Assembly (NCBI GenBank): GCA_009602725.1
Contig: WELB01000003.1
Location: forward strand, 537,457-585,561
Direction of reading: 5' to 3'
Source: Spirogloea muscicola
Taxonomy: Eukaryota
DNA length: 48,105 nt
Shown: piece after piece, positions 46,346 through 48,105 of the stretch
How positions within the stretch are numbered: position 1 is the first letter of the stretch
Layout of the letters: each line of letters begins with the position of its first letter
Notes under the pieces: generated by a model
The model's input: only the letters and a program-made list of their open reading frames with translations
Database searches by the model: none
Told to the model about the DNA's origin: nothing
Translations under genes and position numbers: made by a program

Positions 46346-48105
46346 TCAGGTATCAGGCTCGCTGCCGGTGTTGTCATCACCATTGCCACCGCGGCGGGTG
46401 CCATGCAGTCGGAGCAGAGATAGCCGCTCACTGACAGCAGTTGCTGTCATGTTTTCAGCAGGCCAGCCAACGTCGGCCTTGCCAGCCGACAGCGTGCGCT
46501 GTAAACGCAGGCCGAGCTCCGCGCCTGTCCTAGGTGCGCCTACAGCTGCCACTGCTGGTGGCCGCGTCGGTGGCGGCGGGCCAAAGTGGCTCTGACCATG
46601 CCATGTTGCCCCATGCACGGCCCTGCCCTCCTCTGCTTCCACGCTACCAGTGTCCTCAAGGTTGCTGCTAAGTGGCGGCTTGCCCCTGCTGGAACTGCCT
46701 GTCAGCCGGTGAAACGACAGCCTTGCAAGACCGCCGGTGCCGCCGACGCCGCTACCACCAGTGCCGCCACTGCTGGCATTGGCCGCCAGCAGCAGATGGC
46801 CTTCCGCTGCGGCCGCCGCGTGCACGGTGGAATCGCGCGACATACCCTTGACGGAGCTGTCATCGTCTGCGCCCGGCATCACCTCGGGCCATGCCAGGAA
46901 CGTCGGCGCAACATTGCCGGGCATCATGACGCGCAGGCCTTTGAAAGAACCCTCGTCCTTGAAGAGCGGCTGCATACAATGCCCAGGATTGGCACCACAA
47001 TACTTTAATCGCCTTAGATTGGTTTGCATAAATCTTACCCCTGAAGGAGCCACTAAGCATGAGTCTATCCACCCCCTACTGACTGTCACATTCACACCTG
47101 AAGCTAGGTCAGCTTGTGACAGTGCTAGGCCCACGCAAGCATGAGCAAAACAGTAGGAGAGCTTACCTCCTGGCCACGGGAGCCATCGGGATTGCGCGCT
47201 TCGGCAAGGGCGAGGCCACGTTCGCGCTCCTCCCGCGCAGCGATGTAGCGCCGCTTGAAGAACCAGCCGAGCAGCACCGTGAGCACAAGCAGCATACCGA
47301 GCGAGCCCGATGCCACGACAAGGAAGCCCCGGCTCACGTTCTTCTCTGCGCACAGCTTCTGCGGGCGCCGCCAAAGGCCAGTTGGACAAGGGCAGGCTCG
47401 CTGTCAGCTGGGCGAGCTCAACAGAGGGCGCTCAAATGATGGCCTGCAGCAATACGGCCTGGTACGGTGCACCAGGCCTCGCCAATAATCACGATGACTT
47501 GTGGATTGTCGCCAGTGTGCAGAGTCTCACCGAGTTCGAGCCGGCGTAGCACACGGTCTTCCCTGGCGGTGCCGGCACAGCGCGTGGGTCCCAGGGCGGC
47601 GACGGCGACCCCACCTTCTCTCCACCTCCTCCGCCCTTCTCAGACACCTCCCAAGCTGTCAATACTTGGAGCAACCGCGCTGGGTGTGCACCGCCCCTCA
47701 GCACTTCACCACCGTAAGCGCTGCACAGCCACGCAAGACGGCACAAAGACGGTCCTGAGGAAGCCGTGCATGGCAAGCTCGCGCCCCAACCAAGCAATAC
47801 CAGGATTGCCGACGAAGCGCGGTGAAAGCCATACCTCAGCGGCAGCCGGGCTCGGCGCCCAGTACCACCATTTGCCGCGGCAGTCGTCGAAGCAGCCGCC
47901 CCAGCTGCCTGCCCGAGCACGCCGCCGAGTGCGGCGAGTGCGAGCGCCGCGAGTATGGCGGTAGGCCACCTGCTGCACCAGCATGAAAAAAAGACGATGC
48001 ATCAGGAACCCAAGTGCAGCTGAGAGCCAGCTGTCTGTGGCGACGACACCCACGGCGGCGGCGGCGGCTGCGCCGGCGCCGGCGGCTGCAGCGGCGGCGC
48101 GCGAG
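46346..48105 (-). CDS. Putative single-pass membrane protein, 5'-partial (runs off the window)
   Basis: Hydrophobic helix FLVVASGSLGMLLVLTVLLGWFF followed by KRR. Cytoplasmic LRVMMPGNVAPTFLAWP motif. Cys/Trp-containing upstream exons (GGCFDDCRGKWWYW). Exon structure only partly resolved. Confidence 0.6.

Overview
Eukaryotic, intron-rich nuclear DNA with GC-rich first exons. It is most likely from a streptophyte green alga (inference from the ETR1-type ethylene receptor, plant-type TGS1 and mitochondrial RPL20, TTTAGGG/AAACCCTA telo-boxes and short introns). About 12 spliced genes lie on almost alternating strands: mitochondrial RPL20(-), MAD2(+), a TMEM41/VTT protein(-), SMC5(+), a YCII-YicC fusion(-), the 3' half of an ethylene receptor(+), a J-domain protein(-), a bacterial-type M13 peptidase(+), TGS1(+), a tandem-USP protein(-), a GDPD(+) and a 5'-partial membrane protein(-). 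The intergenic islands (1-3.5 kb, 7.3-10.4 kb, 43-44 kb) contain remnants of RLE-type non-LTR retrotransposons, perfect palindromes and a dispersed ~65-nt repeat resembling half a hammerhead ribozyme core. The top finding is a spliced gene fusing a YCII domain to a full bacterial YicC/YloC-family endoribonuclease behind an organellar-type presequence. At least six introns appear to need GC donors. Single Ns and a GCC tract probably hide assembly gaps. All exon structures were assembled by hand.
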